From positions 2,558,259 to 2,612,886 of the forward strand of contig NC_092214.1 in assembly GCF_043381705.1 (NCBI RefSeq): DNA of 54,628 nt, read 5' to 3'. The notes beneath the pieces are model-generated. The model was not told the origin of the DNA. It did not search any database and saw only the letters and a program-made list of their open reading frames with translations. The DNA comes from Parasteatoda tepidariorum (Eukaryota). Of the stretch, positions 1-12,740 are shown piece after piece. The stretch's first letter is position 1; each line of letters starts with the position of its first letter. The position numbers were made by a program, and so were the translations under genes.

Positions 1-34
1 CATTTTATCTGTAAACTATTAATTATAATTATAG

Positions 35-192
35 GTATCCAGAATCTGGTGAGCAGTTCAACAAATCTGGTTTGCCTGGTGCTTGGGATTCAAAATTGGC
101 AGGAAAGCGAATGAAATTGCCCCAACCTATAACATGGGAGACTCAAGTATCAGCCAATGGGAATAAGGCTAATGTTTGGGAAGGAATTATTG
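35..192 (+). CDS. TROVE-domain protein (Ro60/TEP1 family), coding exon A. Translation: YPESGEQFNKSGLPGAWDSKLAGKRMKLPQPITWETQVSANGNKANVWEGII, phase-2 end.
   Basis: Open frame bounded by the acceptor tataattatag (ends at 34) and a GT donor at 193. The product carries the VW...LP.MA.LRN motif of the TROVE domain when joined to exon B. Frame continuity: G at 192 plus AT at 637-638 gives GAT. Confidence 0.6.
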
Positions 193-636
193 GTATTTTG
201 TGATTTGATAATTTAATTTCAATTCTTATTAATATTGTTTTAACTTTATAATTGAAGAGTGTGTTATGTTTTTAATATTTTTATTAATTTAATAAAATTT
301 TATTTAATTTAAATTTTTTCCCTCTGAAATTTACATTAAATTCTTATAATAATGTTTAATTAATCTTAATAATTTTAACTTTTCATCCTCAAAATCTACT
401 CTGAATTTTCTAGATATCTCAAATGTCTTATCTTTCAAATATTTTCGCAGATCAGTTTTTCTTATAGACTAAATCATCTGTCTTACTATGGAATAGAAAT
501 TATTTGCTCTAATATTTAGTGTAAAAGCATGACACCTTGCTTTAGATGTGATGTATAAGATTAACAATATTTTAAATATGTTTTTTTAATATGAAAAAAG
601 AGTTGTAACTTAATGATCTATTTATTTTTGATTTAG

Positions 637-746
637 ATGCAAACAAACTCCCATACATGGCAATGCTACGAAATATAAGAAACTTGATTTTATCTGGTAT
701 TTCTCAAAAGCATCATGATAAAGTTCTGAAATACTTGGAAAATAAA
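637..746 (+). CDS. TROVE-domain protein, coding exon B. Translation: (D)ANKLPYMAMLRNIRNLILSGISQKHHDKVLKYLENK.
   Basis: Acceptor tttgatttag ends at 636 and the donor GTTAGT starts at 747. LPYMAMLRN matches the conserved TROVE motif (Ro60 reads MPLTALLRNLGKM). The exon is in frame with exon A. Confidence 0.65.
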
Positions 747-1619
747 GTTAGTTATATATTTGATAATTAATGATTATGACATTAATATTTTACTTTTTAA
801 AACTTATTTAGTTTTTTCATTGTCTTCATCTTCCATTATTATATTCTGCTAATGGTGAAGGCATGTGTGAAGTGTTGCCATAGGTAGAAAGTTCTGCTCT
901 ACGCTACCTGCCGCCCATTTCGATAGCCAACAGCACATTATTGGCTAAAATGTGTTCTTCACATAATTTTCTTTATTTCAGTCGTATTAATGTGTCATAT
1001 ATACGTAATTACTGACAAAAATCTGTAATTTCATCTTTTTAAACTAGAAATCACTAAGGTATATTTTTTAATTGGAAAAATCTTACTTAACAATTAAAAT
1101 TTTCTTTCACTTTATAGCATTTTTATTATGAGTAAATTATTTTAAAATTTCGTATTATTCATTATGAATTTATTATATACTCAGTGTTATGAAGGTTAAA
1201 TTCAAGTTTAAAAAAAAGTAAATAATGAAATAATAAGAGAGACGTTTTGCTGCAGAAATCTAAAGCAAATAATTTTTTTAAACTTGTAGATTGAAACAAT
1301 TTTTAAGTCTTGGGAAATATTGCCGAATATTAATACCGCTAATACTGAAAACTGACTGTACTCCAAGCCATCATAATGGATAAACTAAATAAGAAAAAGC
1401 AGTCAAAAATTCAAATATTGAAATGAAAATTCAATGAAAACAAAGAAAAGGCAATGAGTTAAAAGAACACAGAGAAAAAACTGATAATGAAACACCCACA
1501 TTTAAAAAAAAAAAATAGAGATATAAATACAGTTAGAATAACCAAATCAAAATAAAATATAAATTGCCAAATTTAAAAAAAAATTTCTTTAGAAATATTT
1601 GTAGTGCTGACCCCTTTTG

Positions 1620-4480
1620 AAAAACTTGAAAGATAGAGCAAAAACAGGAGAATGTTCGTTCACATCTTTCAGCAGATCAGGAATAATTCCTGTGGCTGTC
1701 TATGAGACGTCTATTCTTCCATAAATTATGGATCAAGTTACGCATATCTCATCCCCGTAAAAGCTGATGTTCGACTTTTAGACTTCTACTAAATCTTCCC
1801 TTAACGTCTAGTTTAGATCCACTGGATTATTTTGTGCTATGTGATTCATGAACCTTCATTAAAGTCTTCATTACCCCAAAGTGGCCTCCGGTTGAACTAC
1901 CATGCAGTTCTTTCAAAATTTCCACAATTCTTGATTTGAGAAAGACAAGCTACAATTTCAAGCTCTGTCAATCATCAGATTCCAATTTTCTGTATAACCT
2001 GCCATTTCTAGTATAGATTGAATCCCATAGAGCCCAATACTGTTTAGTAGCAAGATTGTAGATGGAAATGTCCTGCCAACTTTGGCTTATATTCAACTAT
2101 TCTTTAATTTCAAGAATAGGTCTTACATCAGGATCTCACATTTGGGCTTGTTTTTCTCTTCATCCCGCGATGGATCAGGCTTCGATGTCATTGAAACTGT
2201 AACTTGGTGTAACACAGAATTTGCTGGCTGAACTTTCTTCTCTATTCTGAAGCTATATTGGCATCTTACATTGCAAGTCTTCCTCGATAATGCGGTAGCA
2301 TTTCCATGTGCAGTACCCTTGCAATGACGAATCTTGAAATCATATTCCTGGAGTCTTATCCCCCTGGCTAGCTAACTTTATGGGTTCTTAAAATTTAAAG
2401 AGGTGTGATCAGTCCGGAGTAAAAATTACAATGAGGATATCATCCAAGTAAAGAAGACATGATTTATTAGAGAGTCCTCTTAGCCCAGTTTCAATAAGGC
2501 GCTCAAACGTTGCAAGTGTGTTACTAAAGCCGAATGGTATCACCTGAACTGCCTAAGTCCTGTGGTGAAGGTAATCTTTTCACTGTCATTAATATGTATC
2601 TCAGCCTGCCAGTAACCACTTTTAATTTCAAAATTGAGAACTATTTATTCCAAGCTAGAGTGTCTAATGTGTCAAGAGTGTCTAATGTGAAAATCCTGAT
2701 TAGAGGGTAGCTATTTTTTTTGTTATTTCATTCAGTCAATGTTAGTCGACACAAAATGGGGTTGAGCCATCTTTCTTCTTGACTAGAACAATAGGAAAAT
2801 GCACAAGGACTCATTAATGATTGAATGACTTCATTCTCTTTCATTTCTTTTAGAAGTTTAGCTACCTCTTCCTGTTTAATAAATGGTTATCTCCAAGGAT
2901 GTTGTCTGATGGGAGTATGATTTCCAGTATCAATTTGGTGCTGCATTATTTTTGTACGATCAACATCTTCTGATGTTCTGAAAAAAAGATTTTTAAATTC
3001 AGTTAATAATTTTTCTTCAGCTTTCTTTTGTCCATCATTTAACTTTGCACTCTGTATAAATTCACTCATAAAAGTTCCAGAAGACTCGTTTAATGCTGTT
3101 TGATAGTTTCTGTTAATACAGGTCACTAGAGCTCAAGTTGTCAACACTTCATCTTCCTTTAGAACTTTCGCTTTATCTCTCACATTAGCAAGTCTCACAG
3201 GTATTCATTTCTGGAAAGGTCTACGAGCACAGAAGCCACAAGTACTCCTTTGAAGTTGTTGTCTATATCTGGATATTCTATTAGACCATATCAGAAATTA
3301 TCACAGAAAGGATTCCCAAAACCATTATCTCAGTTCTTGGTGGAATTGTTCTTAACTGTTCTAAATTGTTCTTAACTTTCATTTAATAGGCCTGTTTAAT
3401 CTCTGGATTTCACTTTTTAAACACGTTGATATCTTCTATACTTGAGTGCAATTTGTTGTTTTTGAAGTCCAGTTTAAAATTATTTCCTCGTAAGAAGTCT
3501 AATCCGAGAATGAACTCGTCACTGATATCTGCCACGAATGCTGCATGATAACTCGTATCTCCAAATGAAATCTTGAAGTTGATTTTTCCATGAGCTTTGA
3601 TTTTGTCACCAATCACATTCTCTAATGCAATGCTGGTCGACATCCAACTTAATTTTTCATCTAGTTTCTGAGCCAAATCTAAGGATGGTGGTGTTGGCTT
3701 CTGTATCAATTATCATAGTGCATTGATGTGCCCCATAATGTCCACTACTGCTGCCACTCAATGAAGAAATCAGCAATACTTTGATTTGGGGTTTCATAAC
3801 TTCTAGTCACCTCAGCCCCGAAGATGGCCACAAATTAGTTTTACTGCTGCAGTGAAGTATGACTTTCACCATCCTTAAGTATGAGCAATTTTTACGTACA
3901 TGGCCATCATTTCCACATGTTCAACATTTTCTTTCTTTATTTTTGTTCGTCTTGCTCTCTCTCAAACTCCAAAGCTCTCACAGAAAACTTCAATCATTTT
4001 CTTTAGACCAGCGTTTGAATCCGTGACTGATACTGCTCTGATAGAGTGGCAGACCTTCTATGAGGTTTGCTGAGCTGCCTTAATCTTGTGTGCAAAGACA
4101 AGAACTGGTCCCATAACCTTAACTTCAGCAAGTCTTAAGTGCCTTTTGCGTTTCTGCACATCCTGTACACAGTCTATGAAGTAGTGGAGAGCTAAACCTT
4201 GATGTACCTTAGGAGGGCGATTCGAAAAATCTAGATGCAATATTCTTTGAATATCAACGGCCAATTGTTCCAGACCTTTAACTGCTCATCGATAGCGGGA
4301 CTTCAAATGCAGGTGACTGCATTCTCGGGAGCATTATTCCCCAAAGAGCAGCTCCAATAAACTTGAAAGGGCTTCAAAATCATTGTGTTGTTGAGCAAGT
4401 AAGTGTTCCCGAGATGTCCATTGTATCTCCTCTTAAAGCAGCCCCAAGAAAAAAGGCCTTGGCAGTTGAACTCTATCTGC
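1620..4480 (-). mobile_element. Degenerate Ty3/gypsy-type LTR-retrotransposon internal region (gag-protease-RT-RNaseH-integrase) with frameshifts and stops.
   Basis: Minus-strand translations give a protease FILGLDFLRGNNFKLDF (3410-3709) and an RT start HQIDTGNHTPIRQHPWR (2887-3126). They also give an RT core ...LPSPQDLGSSR.YHSALVTHLQRLSALL...FTWMISSL (about 2450-2620) and an RNaseH end LQEYDFKIRHCKGTAHGNA.ALSR. An integrase zinc-finger motif LHGSSTGGHFGV.KTL falls at about 1850-1900. Several stops and frameshifts mark it as a pseudogene. LTRs were not identified. Confidence 0.7.
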
Positions 4481-4967
4481 TAGCTTCAGCGACAATGGAG
4501 AATTGAGTTTTATTAAATGAGTTAGTTTAGCATGTTTGTGTATAGATGGCAGCAGTATTGTCATAAATATAATCTATTATCTGTAAATAAAATATTAGTC
4601 CAGTTTCAGTCTCCACCTAGGTATGTTGTTTTATTTCATGCGACCTGCATGCTTGATTGTCGGGTTAATTTTTCAAGTTATGGGTCCAGAATGGCCCAAG
4701 AAATTAATAGATAACATTTATTGAGTTTAATATATTCATTTTTAAATTCTTTGCTGAATTTTAGAATTAAAGAGATAAATTATGGTCGCATGTGTTAACA
4801 CATAGTTCGGCCTAAATACTAAACACTTAAATAAATGTTGTTTTTAACTAATTTAATGTAGCTATGTTTTAATATAAAATTTATTAAAACCTGTCGAAAA
4901 TTTTATAGTTAGATTTTTAATAATTTAATTTTAACTTAAATAAAAAAAAATTAACCATGGATGAAGG

Positions 4968-5565
4968 GTTCTTTTAGCTATAAGAAATTGACAGGGAGGG
5001 CAAATTATGCTGATTGGAAGTTTGCCATGAAGATGCACCTAATCAAAAGAGATTTATGAGCTTATGTAGAAGGAAAAAAGGAAGATGCAAATTTAGATGC
5101 CAAAGCTTTGTCATACATAGTTGAAGGGGTTAGTGAAACAATTTTTAATGATTTGAGTCTTATCTAGTGGCAAAGAAGCCTGGGAAGTATTATCAAAAAT
5201 TTATGATGATAAAGGAATAACTAGAAAAGTGTCTGTAATTAAAGAATTGATTAACACTAAGTATACTGATTGTAGAAATATGTGGGACTACCTTCGTAAA
5301 GTGATTTCAGCATATCTGCAATTAAAATCAACAGGAGTTAAAGCAGATGATGAACTAATAGCTGGAATAATTTTAACAAACTTATGTGATAGATTTGAAC
5401 CTCTTACCTTGGCTTTGAAAAATTGTGGGGAAGAGATAACTATCGATAACGTTAAAACTAGATTAATGACTGAGGATGATAAACCTAATTCTGATGGAAA
5501 TTTTGATCAAGCTTACCTTAATGAGAAGTTTAAAGGCAAGAATAAGTTTAACCCATTTTAGGCAG
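4968..5565 (+). mobile_element. Ty1/copia-type gag fragment (DUF4219/UBN2-like) with internal stops.
   Basis: Translation gives KKLTGRANYADWKFAMKMHLIKRDL.AYVEGKK...AKALSYIVEGVSETIFNDLSLI.WQRSLGSIIKNL. The 110-aa ORF MSVIKELINTKYTDCRNMWDYLRKVISAYLQLKSTGVKADDELIAGIILTNL... follows. Both have the copia gag N-terminal pattern. Confidence 0.6.
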
Positions 5566-5949
5566 AGGATAGAAATTTTATAAAATGTATTATTTTCATT
5601 GAAATATGTTTTAATCATTAAGGCAAGAAATAAGTTTCATGCATGGAAAATAATATTTTATTTAAGAAATAAAATGGGGTGTATATGCACCATTGACCTG
5701 AGATCAATGAACAATTCGTTTAGTTCAACAGTTATATTTTTAATGGAAACATTCTAAACATTTTGGATGCAAATAGACTTTGCATTTGATACATAAATAA
5801 ATTGTGTGGTTTTTGCACACTCTACATCTTTACATCCTCTGTGGGTGTTTTTTCTCTCCATGCTCACTTATTGTATGTCCGATTCTATCAGTTCGTACTT
5901 CTTTTGGTAGAGCTGCAGATGATAGGTGACCTTTGTTAGGATGGGTAAC

Positions 5950-6703
5950 TTATAATGTACTTTCACCAGTTGGATTCTTTTTGGATTCAGATTTTAATAG
6001 AACAATAGCTATATAAGATCTTAAGTCTATAAGTGATATTTTTGAGCTAGTTGAAATTCTATGTAACTTCCATGAATTTATTATACTGCTATCAATGATG
6101 TTTGTAAATAATGTCCACCTTTTCTTACCTTGAATCTTGATGAGATAATTAGCTATGGCATTGTCATGTAGGTCAACACCTAACATATGCTGATCGTAAT
6201 CCAAAAGAACGTTGAATTGTGAAATCACAACTTCTTTCTTTGTGACTATATCGTTTGGCATTTACAAGGGGCAAAATGGTAGCGTTATCAGTAACAATTG
6301 TTATCACAGCATTGTCATTTCATTTCAATGCACATGTTTCCAACGGTTCCAACGATTTTGTATTCAACACATTGTTTTTTTTCTTCATATTTTTGGAGTC
6401 ATCCTATATACAACCAGTAATACGATTTTTGCCAGCTGTGCCAGGTGCAAAAAAACCCTTTTCTTTCAAAATTTCGAAAAAAAACTAGGAGGAGAAAAAG
6501 CTATCGAAATAAATTTTGTGCATCTCATTTCTTAAAGCAACGCTAAGTAACTGCAGAACAACGCTTCTTCCTAATGGTATATTTTGTTGATCACTCTTAG
6601 CCTCAGGACAATAAAACTGAAACTCTAAATATACAATAAAACTCTGAAACCTTGCAAAAGAGTGAGTTTTCACATTTTGCTTGTTTCTCATGCATTCGGC
6701 CAA
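5950..6703 (-). mobile_element. piggyBac-type transposase fragment (DDE domain remnants), frameshifted.
   Basis: Minus-strand ORFs give LGRSVVLQLLSVALRNEMHKIYFDSFFSS (compare piggyBac LGE.VVL.L...Y.DNFyTS) and FAPGTAGKNRITG (compare YATGTIRPNRKG). The C-terminal block LLDYDQHMLGVDLHDNAIANYLIKIQGKKRWTLFTNIIDSSIINSW matches the piggyBac YNKHMGGVD...KKWW...F...D.A..NS motif. Confidence 0.65.
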
Positions 6704-7917
6704 TGGTGCGTTAAGGCACCATTTTATTTGAATAAGAAATTTTGATTTTTTTATGTTATGTGTTTTTTTTAAATTTATTTTCAGAACTTACAACTTTAAC
6801 CCATTATAAAAACATGTTATAACCATATGTTATAAATCTGGTATGGAATAATTATACAGTTTCAAAAATTGGACTTTTTTAATAACCGTTTGAAGTTAAA
6901 AATTTAACCGTTTGAAGTTAACAATTTAGTGCGTTTTGAAAATTTCTCAACAGAAAATATTTATTCCAATGGTCTACATTTTTTGAGCCATCTTCATTAA
7001 CTGATCTGTAGTCATTTCTCTTGTAGTTGGCATTCACTCCAATCCCACTTCTGACGCCAAAACTGTGCCAAGCACAGGGGTTTGTGTTGATTGGAGATGA
7101 AGAGAACAGTGTTTAGGACCCCCAAAATTTATTAGGACAATCTTTCAGAAAATACCGCTATTTCTAAGCACTCAATTACAGCTGAAATAGCAGTGTAGGA
7201 CACAAATTTTACAACCTCAGATGATTCAATAAACTAACAACAGACTCCCAAATCAAAACGCTATTGCTGTCACAAGCAGACTAATAATCACTACTCTGTA
7301 ATGCACACTCCTATTTATATAGGCTTGGCGACAAAGCCCCGGAACTTTCGACCTGATTGTAGACAATTCTTGTCTAACTCCCTAAATATTAATCCTATGG
7401 CTTCAAAAGTCGAATTTTCCAGAACTCTCATTTTGTTGCTAAGTCTCCAAATTTATTGCCAAGTTTAAAAAATGTCACCAAACAGAGTTTTCCAAAAGAA
7501 ATGCATTAGGCGTTATTTCCTCTCTAAATTACGTTAGTATTACGCTGCTGTCTTGCAAATTTTCTAATTAAGCTGTTTATTTAGAGTCCTCCTGAGGTAT
7601 TTAGCCATCATAACAAAAGAGTATTGACAAAATTATACACATACATACGAATTCATTACATTATTATTCATTACATTCAATAATATTTTATAATCAAATC
7701 TCCAAAGGTTCCTTCTACTTTCAGAATGTGATAATTATTTCTCCATAACATATTCTAAAGTTAGGTTGTGTTTTTTATACTATTGAAGTGCATGTTTTTT
7801 CTTCCTTATATGTTGTCTTTTGAATATGCTAAACAATATTGTGTGTCAATTTTTAAAATGGATTAAAGTTTCTAACTTCATTTAATAAAATATTTTACCA
7901 ATTTGTTTTCCTTGTAG

Positions 7918-8075
7918 AATGCTGTAATAAATTGTCGACAAGTACCGCTGCAATTTTTTGAAGCATACAAAGTGGTAGAAGAGTTGAAAGTACTACTAAC
8001 AAAAGATAAAGAGGAAATTTGCAAGCCTAGCTTAACTGAATGGAAAAAGAAACATGCTGAAAAGGTTTATGAAAA
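7918..8075 (+). CDS. TROVE-domain protein, coding exon C. Translation: NAVINCRQVPLQFFEAYKVVEELKVLLTKDKEEICKPSLTEWKKKHAEKVYEK.
   Basis: Acceptor ttttccttgtag ends at 7917, phase 0, matching the phase-0 end of exon B. An in-frame TAA at 8077 forces a donor at GTAAGG (8076), which leaves AA to pair with the A at 11255. The R.vPlqF...Y segment parallels Ro60 RIHPFHIL..ETY. The exact 3' end is uncertain, because AAG|GTTTAT at 8064/8065 is an alternative donor. Confidence 0.5.
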
Positions 8076-9179
8076 GTAAGGTTAAAGTTAAAGGTATTTG
8101 ACTTATATCTTTTATATATTAAAAAGTGAAAAACTTGATTGATAAAGATATTAATTAAGGTGCTAATAAAAAAATTTGTAATAAATTTTTTAAAATTTAA
8201 ATGTTATTTCTTTAAAATTAAAACAAATGAGAAAAGTTATTCTTAGATAGTTTGTGTCTGAAAATTTGACACTTTGTTAAAAATTTTGAAATAAAAATTT
8301 CAAATTTGAAATACAGTATTAAAAATTTCAAATCGCTCATTTGAGGGATAATTTTTCAGAGTGCTTAATACCATCGTAAATCCACGTTTCAATCTGTTTT
8401 TTCCTATTCCTCTATTGCAGTTAACGCAATTGATTTTCTCCTAGATTTAAAATTTTTATATTTTTACGACACAAAATTTGAATAGGGTGTTTGAGTAATC
8501 ACTTTTCGTGACGTTCGATTAGTGTAAATACCATCGTTGGTACCCTTTGCAGGGATGAGATTCTTCCGCGAATTTCCGCGCACATTTTTTTTGAACAAGT
8601 TAAAATATTTTATGAGGAATTTAATTTTCCGCGGAGCGAAAGCATGGAAGTCCTCATTCCTCCCTCTGAAGTTTCTAAAAAAATCATTTCCTAGGGATAA
8701 AACTGGTTGACCTTTATACAGGGATGAGATTTTTTCGCTTTTGCCTTTCGAATTTCAGCCTTTTTATCAAAAACTCGGATTCTCTGAAAGTTTTGTTTTT
8801 TTTAAAAAATAAATATCCCGTTTTTTTTCCCCTTGAAATTCAATCATTAAAATAAAATAATCATATTTATTTACGATTTTCAAAGATAAACAGAAAATTC
8901 AAACTACATCCTAGCTACTAACCCTTCCATATTTTTACTTATTTTAGCTATTTTCTCTTCACAGAAAATAAGATTTTCCGTATTTTTATTCGTCCGCCGG
9001 ATAGCTCGTATTTTTGCAATTCAGGCGTCGTGACCCTGCCGTCTGGCTTGACAGCAAACGAAAAAAAAAATAATAAATAAAATAATAAACGTGGATTTGC
9101 AATGAAAATATTTATTTGCTTATTCAATTAATCTTGTAAATTTTTATTATGCCGAAACAAAAACAATACAAACAAGCCT

Positions 9180-10180
9180 TTTAGTCATCTCAAGTCCAGT
9201 CTCTCGCGATTTTAATACCTATCATCGATTTTCGTATTTACCTGATTTAAAAGTTTCGCAATGTGATTCTTATTTACGTTATTTAAACATCGTACATTAA
9301 GATTCTTAGCTACGAGATTTAAAAATCCAATATCGCTTTTTGTATTTATGCATTTTTAAAATCGCGATTTTATTGTCAAACATCGATTTTCGTATTTACC
9401 TGATTTAAAAGTTGAACGTTACGAGTGTTATTCAGGCGATTTAAATATCGTACATTGTGATTCTTATTTACGAGATATAAAAATCCAATAAAACGATTAG
9501 TATTTACGCGCTTTTAGAACCCTATGTAGCGATTCATATTCAAGCGAGCTTAAAATCCTATGACGTGATTCGTTTTTGCGGTTGTAATATCAAACATTGA
9601 TTTTCGTATTTATACGAAATCCAATCCAATATAGCGATTTGTATTTACGCGCTTTTAAAACCCTATGTAGCGATTCATATTCACGCGAGCTTAAAATCCT
9701 ATGTCGTGATTCGTTTTTGCAGTTGTAATATCAAACATCGATTTTCGTATTTATGCAAAATCCAATCCAATATAGCAATTTGTATTTACGCGCTTTAAAA
9801 ACCCTATGTAGCGATTCGTATTCATGCGAGCTTAAAATTCTATGTCGTGATATGTTTTTGTGGTTGTAATATCAAACATCGATTTTCGCACTTAACGTGG
9901 TTTAAAAATTAGACATTGTGATTTATATTTGTGCTATTTGAAAATTATGCATCGTGATTCGTGTTTGCGTGCTCTAAAAATTACGCATCATGATTTGGAT
10001 TTCTGCATTTTTTAAAATTCGGTATAGAGTTTCATATTCACGTGATTTGAAAGCCTCATATCAGGACTCATATTCTCTCAATTTAAAATTAAAGCATGTG
10101 ATTAATATTTATATATTCATACAGTTTTAAAATTAATCATCAGGATTTATAATCGCGTGGTTTACAAGTTTAAAGATCTC
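9180..10180. repeat. Tandem satellite-like array with a unit of about 125 bp and a roughly 42-bp sub-periodicity. The core of three well-conserved units lies at 9510-9885 and the flanks are degenerate.
   Basis: The array reiterates blocks such as gcgattcatattcacgcgagcttaaaatcctatgtcgtgattcgtttttgcagttgtaatatcaaacatcgattttcgtatttatgcaaaatccaatccaatatagcaatttgtatttacgcgcttt. Confidence 0.7.
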
Positions 10181-10198
10181 ACTTTTTTGTCAAATTTT

Positions 10199-10200
<2 letters not shown>

Positions 10201-10229
<29 letters not shown>

Positions 10230-10245
10230 TCATTCATTCATGGAT
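10201..10245. repeat. Microsatellites: (TG)3(TA)11 followed by (CATT)3.
   Basis: The sequence reads tgtgtgtatatatatatatatatatatatt cattcattcattca. Confidence 0.9.
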
Positions 10246-11254
10246 TTCCTCTTTTTTACTTTCTGACTACTCTCATCCCTGCCTCCGTCATACCATAGCA
10301 TCCAGGCAGTGATTTAATAGTTTTATTGGATATAAATGCCACAACTGTTCTCAATGTTTTTTTCAATTCCCTATATTGTTTATACATTATTACGTAACAC
10401 AGAATTCAATTCATTCAACATCAGTCTTTGCACAAAATGATGAAAGAATTCAGATAATTTCATCTTTCAGCAATCACATATCTTGCTCAATTGAAACTTT
10501 TGGGATATGATAAAGAAAAAATTGCAAGAACTTGATCCTACAAGTAAAGATGAGTCAGTGTGGAGCTTCAAATGCTTGGCCTAATGTAGACAAAAAAGAC
10601 TGTTAAAATCTTGTTTATTCCAAGCAAGATCGTGTATATGCATAAGTGAACAAAGCTTAAGAGGATGCTACAAAATATTAAACTTTTTATGTTCCATTTA
10701 TAATTGAATTTTAGTGTTTATAATGAAATATTCTAGTATTTTGAACTACATCATTTATTTTTTAATATTTTTATTTTTTTTTAAATTTAATGGTCAGGTA
10801 AATTAATGCTTAAAAATAATAGAAAAATTTAATGTTTAAAAATACTGTAAAGCATGTAGGTCTGACTCATTGATGTTGTAGTTTAATTTAAGTAATAAAA
10901 AAGCAAATTAAGTAAGATATTATTTAAATTTTGATTTTTTTTATGCATTCTAATATTTTGAATCAAAGCTGTATAAATATATAACTTCTGTTTTTGAAGT
11001 GATTTTTCTTGTGTTAGAGAAAAAGAAAAATTGAACTTGAGTATATATTATACTATTTATTATATATTATAGATATTTTAATAGATGTTATAATTTTGCA
11101 CTTAAAAAGAAGAGGGCATTTTTTGTTCTCGTTGAAATTTACGTGTAGTTCTTGCGAAAGGTCTTAGATTATAGCGTTTCTGTAGCAATCATTCACTTTA
11201 TTTAAATGTTTTGAGAGCTATACATAAAATTTATCCTCCATTGTTAAATTTCAG

Positions 11255-11429
11255 AATTCATAAAGCATCTTCTATTATTTTATCACGTTATCAAGAAGCT
11301 ATAAACAAGGCTTTAGAAATATCTTCTCTACATAATTTATGCCCAATACCTGGAAAGACATTGATTTTGTGTGATACAATATTTCTTAATCAAGAAAAAG
11401 TTAAGAAGCAAAGAAAAGTTCAATCTAAA
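11255..11429 (+). CDS. TROVE-domain protein, coding exon D (vWA-like beta strand). Translation: (K)IHKASSIILSRYQEAINKALEISSLHNLCPIPGKTLILCDTIFLNQEKVKKQRKVQSK.
   Basis: Acceptor aaatttcag ends at 11254 and a canonical GTAAGT donor starts at 11430, phase 0. GKTLILCDT aligns with the GKRFLLAVDVS strand of the Ro60 vWA domain, but the DxSxS MIDAS motif is absent. Confidence 0.55.
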
Positions 11430-11849
11430 GTAAGTAAATTCAAATTACAATACATATTTTATGAATCTTTATTCTAAATGTTTATACTTATTATACCATT
11501 GTGTGTACATTTAAGCTGTAAAGGTGCAATATAAAAGATTCATCAGCCTACCTGACAAACAAACTATTAGACTTTCGAAAATAAAATAACAAATATAGCT
11601 GAGGTTAACATTTTTTATGAGCAATAATTTCTCATTTGAAACAAAATTTACTTTTTGAAAAAGCGCTGATAAACAAGTTATGGACATCTGGCATAGTGTT
11701 TACCTTTTCTAATGTAGTTTAATCTACTGATTTCAAATCTTAAAACCATTTTGCTCTGTCATGTCAGGTTTTTAAGAAATTGACAAAAATTAATTTAATG
11801 GAAAACTGCACAATTTTCTTAGAATGCTGTTGAAGTTTTAGTAAATTTG

Positions 11850-11985
11850 AATGGTAAACTATTTAAAGTTTATTAGTTTTAATGGAAAAACTGTTTAAAT
11901 TTATTAGTTTTTAAAGGAATAACGTTTAAATTTTATTAATTTCAATGAAATATTGTTTAAATTTTATTAATTTTAATAGAATTGA
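11850..11985. repeat. Minisatellite of about 4 units of roughly 32 bp.
   Basis: The unit aactgtttaaatttattagttttaatgga is reiterated with variants. Confidence 0.6.
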
Positions 11986-12331
11986 CTTATCTTATCTACA
12001 ACAACTTACACATTTTCTCCACAAACAATAAAAGGTTGTGAATTTCTACAATACAATAAGTGGCATTTTATACTAGAACTACAGAAAAAAGCACTGGGAG
12101 AAAAAGCTCTTGTAGAGAAAGTAAAGAAGATCATGGAATAAGAAATCGAATAAAAAAAAAAGCACCACTTTAATAATTACATGAATTTAATAGCTGATTT
12201 GATTCAGGCAATTAAACATGAATTCAATATAAAATAAATATTTATTTGAATGTAAATAGATACTTTTTAAAAAACTTGCTGCTTTCAAAAATGAACTTTT
12301 AATGCATATTCTATTTTTTTAGTCAATTGTT

Positions 12332-12740
12332 CAGTGAACAAAAATTAAATGTATCACACTGAATTACTTTTGATCTAATAATTGGATCTTCACATTCTAG
12401 GACAATCTTAATGGTTCAAGGCGCTGTCCACAAATATGCTAATTAAATAGTGTGGACAATATTTTAAGTTACAAAATCAAACACAGAATACTTTCTCTGA
12501 GTAAGCATACTTTTATTTCCATGAATGTGGATTCCTGACTCCCAAAATATAGGGGGTAGCCGCAATCTGGGAAATATGGTCATAATAGTTTGTTTTGGAA
12601 AGCAGTTTAAAGTTTGGACCCCTTAATGCTAGTTTTACTTTTTCCATATTTTCCCATTGCTTTGGAAGTTATCGATGCTATTCAGAAAAACTTAGCTCAG
12701 AATTATTTGAATGCTTATGCTAAGATAATTCTATGTAAAA
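12332..12740 (+). repeat. Copy 1 of a dispersed roughly 300-480 bp repeat family with a Tc1-like terminus (CAGTGC.A-rich..GGACCACCCTGAATAACTTTTGAT...TTGGACCCCTTAATG...).
   Basis: It shares long blocks with the copies at 40297, 42295 and 45145. Examples are ctgaattacttttgatctaat, cccaaaatatagggggtagccgcaatctgggaaatatggtc and agtttggaccccttaatg. It is followed at 12750-12960 by a second partial direct copy. Confidence 0.6.

Noticed and set aside
6212-6535. + strand ORFs (107 and 77 aa) at the piggyBac fragment.
   Set aside because: They are antisense to the piggyBac transposase remnants and low-complexity (poly-F/I).
9180-10180. Considered whether the regular tandem arrays here (and at 18.1, 38.0 and 46.3 kb) could be CRISPR-like.
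   Set aside because: The units are 125-215 bp with no alternating unique spacers and no cas genes, and the context is eukaryotic. They are satellite or tandem repeats.
11211-11477. 88-aa ORF from the ORF track, taken as a stand-alone gene.
   Set aside because: It is not independent. Its central part is TROVE exon D (11255-11429), bounded by splice sites, and the ORF's ATG and tail are intronic read-through.
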